From Hyphomicrobiaceae bacterium (GTDB taxonomy: Bacteria; Pseudomonadota; Alphaproteobacteria; Rhizobiales; Hyphomicrobiaceae), in NCBI GenBank assembly GCA_050248715.1, contig JBFWRV010000025.1, forward strand, positions 802-64,801: 64,000 bases of DNA, written 5' to 3'. The notes under the pieces are model-generated. The model did not search any database, had not been told where the DNA came from, and saw nothing but the letters and a program-made list of their open reading frames with translations. The position numbers were made by a program, and so were the translations under genes. Shown here piece after piece: positions 46,373-55,009 of the stretch. Numbering within the stretch: the first letter of the stretch is position 1; each line of letters begins with the position of its first letter.

Positions 46373-47554
46373 ATGAGCTATGACGCACCGTTCGCCGGGT
46401 TGAAGGTGATCGACCTGAGCCAGGGTGTGGCCGGTCCCTACTGCGGCATGCTGCTGGCCCAGCACGGCGCCGATGTCATCAAGGTGGAGCCCACGGGCGA
46501 GGGCGACTGGGCGCGCATGCTGGGGCGCCGCTATAGCGGTCACAGCGCCTACTCGATCCCCACCAACCTCGGCAAGCGTTCGATAGCGCTCGACCTGAAG
46601 GCGGCCGAGGGCAAGGAGGTGCTGTGGCGGCTGATCGCCGGTGCCGACGTCCTGCTCGAGGGCTTCCGTCCGGGCGTGCTCGACAAGCTGGGCTTCGGCT
46701 ACGCCGCGGTCTCTCAGCGCCAGCCGCGTATGCTTTATCTCTCCGTGTCGGGCTTCGGCCAGACCGGCCCGTTCGTCGGCCGTCCTGCCATGGACCCGGT
46801 GCTGCAGGCGTTCACCGGCCTGATGATGGACAACAAGGGCGAGGACGGCATTCCCCATCGCGTGCCGTTCGTCGTGATCGACATGTCGACCGCGCTCTAC
46901 GCGTTTCAGGCACTGTCCGCCGCCCTCTATGCCCGCCGCGACGAGACGCGGGGCAGGCACATTGCGGTCAGCCTTCTTGAGGCGGCGAGCGCGGTGCAGG
47001 TGATCCGGATGCTGATGGTGTACCTCGAGGGGGAGCAGGTCAGGCGCTCGATGCCGAGCGGCGTGTTCAGGACCGCCGACGGTTGGCTGCAGTTCCTGGT
47101 GGTGCGCCAGGACAGCTGGGTGAAGTTCTGCCGCATCGTTCTGGAAACGCCGGAGCTTGCCGCCGATCCGCGCTTTGCCGACGACGAGGGGCGCATGAGC
47201 AACGAGGCGGCGCTGATGGGCATCGTTCGCCCGGCGATCGCGACCCGGCCGACGGCCTACTGGGCCGAACGCCTCACCGAGGCCGACATCATGCACGAGC
47301 GGTTGAACGGCTTTCGCGAGTTCCTGCGCCAGCCGCAGGCGGAGGCGATCAATCTCGTGAGCTGGCTGCAGCCCGGCACGCCCGAGCCCATCCCCATTCC
47401 CAACATCGCGGGGCTCGTGCCGTTCGCCGCGGGCACGCCGCGCGGCACCACGCCCGTCCTCGGCCAGCACACGCGCGAGGTGCTCGGCGAGCACGGGTTC
47501 GCTGCTGCGGACATCGCCGGGCTCATCGCGCGCAAGGTCGTGGCGCAGGCGTAG
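46373..47554 (+). CDS. Family III CoA-transferase / alpha-methylacyl-CoA racemase superfamily protein
   Basis: [46 protein letters not shown]. Confidence 0.88.
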   Translation: MSYDAPFAGLKVIDLSQGVAGPYCGMLLAQHGADVIKVEPTGEGDWARMLGRRYSGHSAYSIPTNLGKRSIALDLKAAEGKEVLWRLIAGADVLLEGFRPGVLDKLGFGYAAVSQRQPRMLYLSVSGFGQTGPFVGRPAMDPVLQAFTGLMMDNKGEDGIPHRVPFVVIDMSTALYAFQALSAALYARRDETRGRHIAVSLLEAASAVQVIRMLMVYLEGEQVRRSMPSGVFRTADGWLQFLVVRQDSWVKFCRIVLETPELAADPRFADDEGRMSNEAALMGIVRPAIATRPTAYWAERLTEADIMHERLNGFREFLRQPQAEAINLVSWLQPGTPEPIPIPNIAGLVPFAAGTPRGTTPVLGQHTREVLGEHGFAAADIAGLIARKVVAQA

Positions 47555-47559
47555 CAGGC

Positions 47560-47646
47560 GTAGGTTGGGTCGAGCGGCAGCGACGACCCAACGCAAGTCG
47601 CGATCTCAACAAGTGTTGGGTCTGCGCTTCGCTTGACCCAACCTAC
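47560..47646. repeat. Palindromic repeat, family F (GTAGGTTGGGTC...GACCCAACCTAC)
   Basis: Two inverted arms, related in design to family B. Confidence 0.7.
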
Positions 47647-47663
47647 GGCTCAGCGCGGGATTC

Positions 47664-47699
47664 TCACCCCACCCCTATCCCTCCCCGTCAAGGGGAGGG
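47664..47699. repeat. Family C hairpin (CCCTCCCC-GTCA-AGGGGAGGG)
   Basis: Lies between the convergent CoA-transferase and hydrolase genes. Confidence 0.7.
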
Positions 47700-47722
47700 C
47701 ATCGCGTGCTGCAATCGCCTGC

Positions 47723-48880
47723 CTAGCTCTGACTGGCCCTGCGCAGAAATTCGAGCAGCAGGCGCGTGGTGGCCTCGGGCTGCTCCTGCTGCACCCAGTG
47801 GCCGGCGCCGTCGACGAGGTGGCAGGCGAGCATGCGCGTGCACGCCGTCCCCTGCATGCGCTCGAAAGCGCCGGGAGCCTGGTATACGCCCCAGTCGCTC
47901 TTGCCGGCGATGAAGCAGGAGGGCTGATCGATGGTCCGGCCGGCGAATACCTGCAGCTCGCTATCGAACAGGCCTGTGGTGCGCGTGCGATACCATTGCA
48001 GGCCGCCCTGGAAGCCCGTGCGGGTGTATTCCGCCCCGTACACGGCAAGCTCCGCCTCCGTGAGCCACCGGCAGGCCGCGATCTCGGCCGGGCTCGGCAT
48101 GTGCGGGGCCACCGTCTCCGCCATGGTCTGGCCCAGCTCCATGACGTAGTAGGTGGGCATCTTCGCAAGCTCGCCAGCTCTCCAACCCTCGAGCCCGTGG
48201 GGCGTGTTGGCTTTCCAGTCCGCGCTCTTGTGGTGGTAGTAGGCGCGCAGGAAGGCGTGGATGCCCTGCGCGCATTGCGTCATGTCGGTGTTGGCCGGCC
48301 GCGTCGAGTAGTACCAGTGGTAGTGCTTGCGCGGCGGGTTGAGCGCGGCGAGATCGGCGTGGACGTCGCGAGGGGCAGCCCTGGGCTTTGCCGGCGTGTC
48401 GGCGGTATCGAAGGGGATTGCGGGCGGCCCGGCGAACGGCGCGCTCATCAGAGTGACGGTGCGAAACACGTCCGGCCGGACCAGGGCGCACCACGCGGCA
48501 ACGGGCGAGCCGTAGTCGTGCCCGACGACGCCTGCCACCGAGCGATAGCCCAGCGCCGAGACGAGACCAAGCACGTCGCGGATCACGTTGAGCATACGGA
48601 ATGGGAAGAGGTCGCCGTCGTAGTCGGCCGTCCATCCGGTGGTGCGACCGTAGCCGCGCAGGTCCGGCGCGACGACGTGATAGCCGGCGGCCGCCAGAGG
48701 GACCATGACCCGGCGCCAGCTGTAGGCGAGCTCTGGAAAGCCGTGCAGGAGCAGCAGGCACGGGCGGCCCTTCTGCTCGAACCCCGCCTCCAGAACGTGC
48801 ATGCGGAGGCCGTTGGAGTTGTCGACGAAGCGCGCTCGGATGCCGGCCGGCAGCGTGGGCGTGGTGAGCGGTTCGATCAT
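47723..48880 (-). CDS. Alpha/beta hydrolase, epoxide-hydrolase type
   Basis: HGFPELAYSWRR oxyanion/HGxP motif and VVGHDYGS with an Asp nucleophile. Confidence 0.85.
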   Translation of the reverse strand: MIEPLTTPTLPAGIRARFVDNSNGLRMHVLEAGFEQKGRPCLLLLHGFPELAYSWRRVMVPLAAAGYHVVAPDLRGYGRTTGWTADYDGDLFPFRMLNVIRDVLGLVSALGYRSVAGVVGHDYGSPVAAWCALVRPDVFRTVTLMSAPFAGPPAIPFDTADTPAKPRAAPRDVHADLAALNPPRKHYHWYYSTRPANTDMTQCAQGIHAFLRAYYHHKSADWKANTPHGLEGWRAGELAKMPTYYVMELGQTMAETVAPHMPSPAEIAACRWLTEAELAVYGAEYTRTGFQGGLQWYRTRTTGLFDSELQVFAGRTIDQPSCFIAGKSDWGVYQAPGAFERMQGTACTRMLACHLVDGAGHWVQQEQPEATTRLLLEFLRRASQS

Positions 48881-48902
48881 TTCGACCTCCGGGCCTGCGA
48901 GG

Positions 48903-48982
48903 ATAGGGCGCAAAAGGCGAAGCCGCATTGCGCCGATAGGACCGGTGTTATCGGTGCCATGCACTTCGCTCTTGCACCCCAC
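48903..48982. repeat. Palindromic repeat, family B (two arms)
   Basis: ATAGGGCGCAAAAGGCGAAGCCGCATTGCGCCGAT ... ATCGGTGCCATGCACTTCGCTCTTGCACCCCAC. Confidence 0.75.
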
Positions 48983-48983
48983 G

Positions 48984-49847
48984 TCAACCGAGCGTCGCGC
49001 TTGCTTGCATGGCGATGGTGCCGCCAGGTGTCACGGCCCATACCTCGCAGGCTGCGCCGCTCTCAGTCGGCCGCCCCACCAGGTCAAAGGGTGCGCCTTC
49101 GAACAGCGGCGCGCGGGCGCGCATGCTGAAGGTGCGGATCGTGCGCCCGGGATTGTTGTCGCGCACGAAGTTGATCAGGCAGGTCTGGGTGAAGGGGCCG
49201 TGCACGACAAGGCCCGGATAGCCCTCCACCTCCATCGTGTAGGGGCGGTCGTAGTGAATGCGGTGCGGGTTGCCGGTCAGCGCCGAGAAGCGGAACAGCG
49301 CCACCGGCCCTGCCGTGATCGTGCGCCGCCAGGGCAATCCGGCGGGCACCTCCTCGCGCCTGGGGATGCCGCTCTTGGCGCCCGGCTTCACCTCCTCGCG
49401 GAATACGGTGTCTGTCTCCTCAGTGATGGCGAGGCCTCGCGGTGTCGAGATGCGTCTTGTCTGCGTGGTGAGGATCAGCGTGCCCGTGCTGCCGTCGCGC
49501 ACCTGCAGGTCGGTCAGCTCGATCTCGCGGCGCATCCGGTCGCCGACGACGAGTGGCTCATGGAACGTGAAGCGCGTTCCGGCATACATGCGCCGCGGCA
49601 GGGGCATTTGCGGCAGCACGCCGGCGCCTGTCGCGGTGCCGTCCGGGCCGAGCGAGGCAGTCGGGGCGGTCGAGAGGAAATAACCGATGTGCCAGCCGGG
49701 CGGGATCGGCTGCCCGTCGCCGGGTGCCGCCTCGGGGCGGTCGAAGGTGGCGACGAGCGCCTTGAGCGGTGCCTGCGTCGCCACGTCCTCGTCGCTGATC
49801 CTGGTGCCGATATGCCGGCGCAGGCTGGCGATATCGATGGCCGTCAT
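48984..49847 (-). CDS. MaoC-like double hot-dog (R)-specific enoyl-CoA hydratase/dehydratase
   Basis: PPGWHIGYF in the N-terminal FAS1-dehydratase-like half. The C-terminal MaoC half reads NPHRIHYDRPYTMEVEGYPGLVVHGPF. Confidence 0.8.
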   Translation of the reverse strand: MTAIDIASLRRHIGTRISDEDVATQAPLKALVATFDRPEAAPGDGQPIPPGWHIGYFLSTAPTASLGPDGTATGAGVLPQMPLPRRMYAGTRFTFHEPLVVGDRMRREIELTDLQVRDGSTGTLILTTQTRRISTPRGLAITEETDTVFREEVKPGAKSGIPRREEVPAGLPWRRTITAGPVALFRFSALTGNPHRIHYDRPYTMEVEGYPGLVVHGPFTQTCLINFVRDNNPGRTIRTFSMRARAPLFEGAPFDLVGRPTESGAACEVWAVTPGGTIAMQASATLG

Positions 49848-49875
49848 GGTTTGATCCTCTTGCTGCATGCGGGGT

Positions 49876-49989
49876 GTCATTCCGGCCGAGCGCGAGGCGC
49901 TTGAGCCGGAACCCAGGGCCACGAACAGCGTGCCGCCACCCAAGGCCCTGGGTCCCGGATATTTCGCTTGCGCGAAATTCCGGGATGAC
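49876..49989. repeat. REP/MITE-like element, family A
   Basis: GTCATTCCGG...GGAACCCAGGGCC...GGCCCTGGGTCCCGGATATTTCGC...GCGAAATTCCGGGATGAC. Confidence 0.8.
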
Positions 49990-49998
49990 AACGGTCGC

Positions 49999-50031
49999 AT
50001 CGGTGCAATGCGCTTCGCTTTTGCACCCTAC
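49999..50031. repeat. Single arm of repeat family B, overlapping the stop codon of the next gene
   Basis: ATCGGTGCAATGCGCTTCGCTTTTGCACCCTAC. The CTA at 50028-50030 is the TAG stop of the ACAD on the minus strand. Confidence 0.7.
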
Positions 50032-51266
50032 TTCTTCTTGCCCGTCGGCAACTTGTTGAAGGGCGCATCCTTGTCGACGCGCACGTCGGCGGGCAGGCCC
50101 AGCACGCGCTCGGCGATGATGTTGCGCATGATCTCGTCCGAGCCGCCGGCGATGCGCGAGGAGGGCGAGGTCATCAGGGTCTGCTGGAAGACCGCGGAGA
50201 TCGGGGCCACGTCCGGATCGGTGAGCACGCCGCCCTGCTCCATCAGGTCCATGGCGAAGGCGGCGATGCTCTGCAGCTTGGAGCCGTTCACGAGCTTCCC
50301 GATCGAGGATTCCGGCCCCGGGGTGTCGCCGCGCGATAGCGCCGTCATGGTGCGGAAGTGCGAATACTTGAGCCCCTGGGTCGAGACATACCAGTCGGCC
50401 AGCTTGTCGCGCACGCCATCGTTCTTGATGGCGGGGCCGTCGTCGAGCTCGATCCGGCGCGCCAGCTCGAAGATGTCCTCCACGCCCACGCTCATGCGCC
50501 CGCCGATGGTATAGCGCTCGTTCATCAGCGTGGTGAGCGAGACCTTCCAGCCGTCGCCCGGTAGCCCAAGCCGCTGGCTGTCGGGAATGCGCACGTCGGT
50601 GAAGAAGACCTCGTTGAAATGGGACTGGCCGGAGATCTGCTTGATCGGCCGGATCTCGATGCCGGGCGACTTCATGTCGAGGAAGAAGTAGGTCAGGCCC
50701 TTGTGCTTGGGCGCGGAGAAATCACTGCGCGTCACCAGCACGCCGTAGTCGCAGTAGTGCGCCCCGGAGGTCCAGGTCTTCTGGCCATTAATGACCCAGT
50801 CGTCGCCGTCGCGCTCGGCCCGTGTCCTGAGGCCGGCAAGGTCGGAGCCGGCGGCTGACTCGGAGAAGAGCTGGCACCACACCTCCTCGCCGCGCAGCGC
50901 CTTCCTTGCGTAGCGGTCGCGATGGGCCTGGGTGCCCCAGGTGCAGAGCGTGGGAATGCACATGCCGAGGCCGATGTCGAACAGGCCGCGCGGCACGGCA
51001 CACTTGGCCTCCTCCTGGTCGTAGATCACCTGCTGGATGGCGGTGCCGCCGCGCCCGCCCCAATCCTTCGACCAGGTGATGCCGGCATAGCCCGCGTCCG
51101 CCTTCAGCGCCTGCCAGTCCTTGGCCCACTGGCGGAACTTCGGGTCCTCGTTGCCGGCGCGATAGACCATGCCGGAGCCTGGCTCGCGACGCTTGGCGTT
51201 CTTGTCGAGGAAGGCGCGGGCGCCGGCGCGGAACTCGGCTTCCTCGGGGGTGTCTTCGAAGTCCAT
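50028..51266 (-). CDS. Acyl-CoA dehydrogenase (likely catalytic subunit of a tandem pair)
   Basis: 412 aa with LMNERYTIGG helix-G Glu and GGSDEIMRNIIAERVLGLP. Confidence 0.88.
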   Translation of the reverse strand: MDFEDTPEEAEFRAGARAFLDKNAKRREPGSGMVYRAGNEDPKFRQWAKDWQALKADAGYAGITWSKDWGGRGGTAIQQVIYDQEEAKCAVPRGLFDIGLGMCIPTLCTWGTQAHRDRYARKALRGEEVWCQLFSESAAGSDLAGLRTRAERDGDDWVINGQKTWTSGAHYCDYGVLVTRSDFSAPKHKGLTYFFLDMKSPGIEIRPIKQISGQSHFNEVFFTDVRIPDSQRLGLPGDGWKVSLTTLMNERYTIGGRMSVGVEDIFELARRIELDDGPAIKNDGVRDKLADWYVSTQGLKYSHFRTMTALSRGDTPGPESSIGKLVNGSKLQSIAAFAMDLMEQGGVLTDPDVAPISAVFQQTLMTSPSSRIAGGSDEIMRNIIAERVLGLPADVRVDKDAPFNKLPTGKKK

Positions 51267-51276
51267 GGTGCCCTCC

Positions 51277-52392
51277 CTAGAGCGGGGCGTTGGCGGTTTC
51301 GAGCTGGGTGATCAGGCGGTCCTTCCAGTGGCGTGTGCTGCCGAGCGTGAGGGAGAGCAGCTTGGCGCGGCGGTAGTAGAGGTGACAGTCGAACTCCCAG
51401 GTAAAGCCCATGCCGCCGTGCACCTGGATGTTCTCCTTCGCTGCCAGGAAGAACGCGTCGCCGGCGCAGATGCGGGCGGAGGCGGCGGCCACGGGGAGCT
51501 CCGGGGCGTCGCGCTCCAGCGCCCAGGCGCCATAGTAGGCATTGGAGCGGGCAAGCTCGGTCGCGACATAGACATCGGCGAGCTTATGCTTGATGGCCTG
51601 GAACGAGCCGATCGGGCGGCCGAAGGCGTAGCGCTCGAGCGCATAGTCGCGCGCGCTCTCGAGGCAGCGCTGCGCGCCGCCCACCTGCTCGAAGGCGAAG
51701 AGCACCGCGGCGCGGTCCTGCACGCGCTTGAGCAGGGCTTCCCCGCCGCCGGGCGCGCCGAGCGCCTCGGCGGGCGTGTTGGCGAAGCTGACGCGGGCGT
51801 GCGAGCGGCTGGGGTCGATCGTTTCGACGGGCTCGCGCGTGACGTCGGGAGCCTTCAGGTCGACGAGGGCAAGCGCCAGGCCGCGATCGCCCTGTGCGAC
51901 GACGACGGCGAAGTCGGCCACGTCGCCGTCGGGCACGGGAAGCTTCTCGCCGTTCAGCGCGCCGCCGCGAAAGGTCGTACGCAGCTTGCGGATGTCGGCC
52001 CTGCCGGGCCCCTCGGCGAGCGCCAGCGTGCCGATCGCCTCGCCGCTCGCGAGCTTCGGAAGCCACATCTTCTTCTGTACCTCGCTGCCGCCGGCGATGA
52101 TGGCCTCGGTGGCGAGGTAGACGGAAGAGGAGAAGGGTAGAGGCGCCAGCGATGCGCCCAGCTCCTCGGCCAGCACGCAAAGGCCGAGATGGCCGAGGCC
52201 GGCGCCGCCATGCTCCTCCGGAATTGCCGCCGCGGTCCAGCCCATGGCGGCAATCTCCTTCCAGAGCGCCTTGTCGTAGGGCTCCGGCCCTTCGAGGATG
52301 CGCCGCACCGTTGCCGGAGGGCTCTTCTCGCGCAGGAACCGGCGCGCCTGCTCGCGCAGCTCTTTCAGGTCATCGCTGAAATCGAAGTTCAT
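51277..52392 (-). CDS. Acyl-CoA dehydrogenase family protein (possible non-catalytic partner)
   Basis: 371 aa with IQVHGGMGFTWEFDCHLYYRRAK. There is a 10-nt gap to the downstream ACAD. Confidence 0.85.
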   Translation of the reverse strand: MNFDFSDDLKELREQARRFLREKSPPATVRRILEGPEPYDKALWKEIAAMGWTAAAIPEEHGGAGLGHLGLCVLAEELGASLAPLPFSSSVYLATEAIIAGGSEVQKKMWLPKLASGEAIGTLALAEGPGRADIRKLRTTFRGGALNGEKLPVPDGDVADFAVVVAQGDRGLALALVDLKAPDVTREPVETIDPSRSHARVSFANTPAEALGAPGGGEALLKRVQDRAAVLFAFEQVGGAQRCLESARDYALERYAFGRPIGSFQAIKHKLADVYVATELARSNAYYGAWALERDAPELPVAAASARICAGDAFFLAAKENIQVHGGMGFTWEFDCHLYYRRAKLLSLTLGSTRHWKDRLITQLETANAPL

Positions 52393-52648
52393 GGGCCAGT
52401 GCGTTCCCTTCGTGCCGCATCGTTGTGCGGGTCGTTCGCGCGGCCCCGTGGGATGCGTGCAGCACGAGCTTAGTGCAATTCCGTGGGCGGGCGAAAGCAC
52501 GAATCACCTGGCGCGCGATACGCCACCGGCCGCGCCTTGGATCGACACAATCAGCGAACGGTTTTGCCAACCCGGCTATCCGAGGGTTGGAAGAAGAAGA
52601 ATGCTACCCTAAATTTGGACGTACGAGCCGCACCGGCGAGGCCCGCCC

Positions 52649-52867
52649 ATGATCGTCATTTCCAGGAACGGCAAGACCACGGTCATCACGGGATGGCGGG
52701 CGTGGCTGATCGGCGCCGCCGCGGTTCTCCTTATCACGGTCGTTCTGGCGCTGATGTTCGTCCTGGTACTCGGCGCTGCTGTCACGCTCACCCTCGTCCT
52801 CTCGATTGCCGTGCCCGTGGCGATCGGCGTGGCACTCATAGCCTCCGTGTTCCGGCCACGGGCGTAG
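52649..52867 (+). CDS. Small membrane protein, unknown function
   Basis: 72 aa with two TM helices (WLIGAAAVLLITVVLALMFVLVL / LVLSIAVPVAIGVALIASVF). Confidence 0.4.
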   Translation: MIVISRNGKTTVITGWRAWLIGAAAVLLITVVLALMFVLVLGAAVTLTLVLSIAVPVAIGVALIASVFRPRA

Positions 52868-52874
52868 ATTGGCC

Positions 52875-52954
52875 GTAGGGCGCAACAAAACCCAAGCCGT
52901 ATGCGCCGAAACGACGCTCGCCACAGCGCAATGCGCTCCGCTTTTGCGCCCCAC
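52875..52954. repeat. Palindromic repeat, family B
   Basis: GTAGGGCGCAAC...GCGCAATGCGCTCCGCTTTTGCGCCCCAC. Confidence 0.7.
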
Positions 52955-52967
52955 GGTTGCCGCTCCG

Positions 52968-53717
52968 TCACTTCGCGTCGTGAAAGATGATGCCGAGCGT
53001 GTGCCGCGTGCCGAAGCGCAGGCGGCTCACACCGTGCCGCATGGTGACGCGATAGACGCCGCGCGTGCCTGCCACGGGTCGGTGATGGACCGGGAAGATC
53101 ACGCCCTCACCCTGGGTCAACGGCACCACCTCCGCGCGCGACTGCATGCGCGGACGCTGCTCGGTCAGCACGAACTCGCCGCCGGCGAAGTCGGTGCCCG
53201 GCTCGGACAGCAGGAACGCCACCTGCAGGGGAAACACGTGTGCGCCGTAGAGGTCCTGGTGCAGGCAATTGTAGTCGCCGGGGCCGTACTGCAGCAGCAG
53301 CGGCGTCGGTTTCGTCTGGCCCGCAGCGTGGCAGCGCGCAAGAAAGGCCGAATGCTCGTCGGGATAGCGCACATCGATGCGCATCGCCTCGTTCCAGCGG
53401 TTGGCGATGCGGGCGAGCGGCGGATAGAGCGCCTCGCGCAGGGCGGCGATTGCGTCGGGCAGCGGATAGGCGAAGTATTTGTATTCGCCGCGCCCGAAGC
53501 CGTGGCGCGCCATGCTGATGCGGCTGCGGAAAAGCCTTTCGGAGGCGTAGCTGGCCGCCAGGCGGGCACATGCGTCCTCGGTCAGCACGCGTCCCGTAAC
53601 CGCGCAGCCGTGTGCGTCGAGGTCGGCCGCAAGCCCGTCCCAGTCGAGTGCCGCGATCCGGCCGCTGATCGGGGAGGATGATTTCGCGTCCGCACGCTCT
53701 GCCCGCATTGCACGCAT
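52968..53717 (-). CDS. 2OG-Fe(II) oxygenase family protein
   Basis: H-x-D in NCLHQDLYG, distal His in TMRHGVSRL, and a double-stranded beta-helix core (GGEFVLTEQ). Confidence 0.75.
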   Translation of the reverse strand: MRAMRAERADAKSSSPISGRIAALDWDGLAADLDAHGCAVTGRVLTEDACARLAASYASERLFRSRISMARHGFGRGEYKYFAYPLPDAIAALREALYPPLARIANRWNEAMRIDVRYPDEHSAFLARCHAAGQTKPTPLLLQYGPGDYNCLHQDLYGAHVFPLQVAFLLSEPGTDFAGGEFVLTEQRPRMQSRAEVVPLTQGEGVIFPVHHRPVAGTRGVYRVTMRHGVSRLRFGTRHTLGIIFHDAK

Positions 53718-53976
53718 GGAATTGCTCCTATGCCCGTGACCAAGGCCCGCCGCGGTTCGGCGGGTAGGGAGCGTCACTCCCCTTGCCTGTCCAGGCTCTC
53801 TTGCTCGCAGATCGCGCAGCGCCGGGCCACCCGGAACCTGCTCGGGGTCCGGCCCTGTCGCCCCCGGGATACCAAGTGTCGCATAGGCAACGAGCTGTAT
53901 CCCATGCGGGGGGCATCGCGTATCCGCGAGAAATCCCGTAGCCTGAGTGCAGCCATCGACTTGAAAGGAGAACTGG

Positions 53977-54801
53977 ATGCGGATTTCCAAGTTACTCGCT
54001 GCGTCGCTTCTTACCGCTGTCGCGGGAGCTTTTGCGCTCGGCGTGCCGGCGCGGGCCGACGTGCTCGCCGATATCAAGAAGCGCGGCACCCTCATCGTCG
54101 GCGTGAAGCCCGACTACAAGCCGTTCGGGTTCCGCGATCCCTCGGGCGGCCTCATCGGGCTCGAGCCCGATCTTGCCGCCGACGTTGCCAAGAAGCTCGG
54201 CGTTAAGCTCGAGCTGGTGCCGGTGCTCTCCGCCAACCGCATGGAATTCCTGAACCAGGGCAAGATCGACCTGATGATCGCCACCATGTCCGACAAGCCG
54301 GATCGCCGCAAGGTCGTGCAGGTGATAGAGCCGCTCTACTACTCGGACGCCGTCAACATCCTTCTCAGGAAGGACGCGCCGGTGAAGAGCTGGGAGGACC
54401 TGAAGGGCAAGAAGCTGTGCGGCACCACGGGCGCCTTCTACAACAAGGACGTGGCGCAGAAATACGGGCCCGAGATCGCCTCCTTCGACGGCTCGGAAAA
54501 GCCGCTGCTCGCGCTCAAGAACAACGACTGCATCGGCTACCTCTATGACCAGACCTTCATCGCCGGGAAGCTGACCGACGACGACTGGAAGGGCGGCTAC
54601 CACATGCCGCTGACGGGCATCATGGAGACGCCCTGGGCCATCGCCGTGAAGCTGGGCGAGACCAACCTCCAGAAGTTCATGGTGGACGTGCACAAGGACT
54701 GGCTGAAGTCGGGCCGCATCGTCGAGCTGGAGAAGAAGTGGGGCGTGCCGCCCACCGACTACGCCAAGCGGATGCACGAGAAAGCCAAGAGCGGCAGTTG
54801 A
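53977..54801 (+). CDS. Amino-acid ABC transporter substrate-binding protein (family 3)
   Basis: Signal peptide MRISKLLAASLLTAVAGAFALGVPARA, then GTLIVGVKPDYKPFGFRD. Confidence 0.88.
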   Translation: MRISKLLAASLLTAVAGAFALGVPARADVLADIKKRGTLIVGVKPDYKPFGFRDPSGGLIGLEPDLAADVAKKLGVKLELVPVLSANRMEFLNQGKIDLMIATMSDKPDRRKVVQVIEPLYYSDAVNILLRKDAPVKSWEDLKGKKLCGTTGAFYNKDVAQKYGPEIASFDGSEKPLLALKNNDCIGYLYDQTFIAGKLTDDDWKGGYHMPLTGIMETPWAIAVKLGETNLQKFMVDVHKDWLKSGRIVELEKKWGVPPTDYAKRMHEKAKSGS

Positions 54802-55009
54802 CCTGATCGATGCCGGGCGGCGCGCGTGCGCGCCCCCGGGGTTCGCATCGGGTTCCTGCGCAGGCGGGAATCCATGCCATTCTGCGGGTGCGCCCGAGGC
54901 AGAGTTGCGTAGATTCCCGCCTTCGTGCTGGAAGCGCCTCTTCGAAGTGGAAGCGCCTCTTCGACACGACACGACGCGGCAATGATGGAGGGGGGACCGC
55001 GATTCGCGC

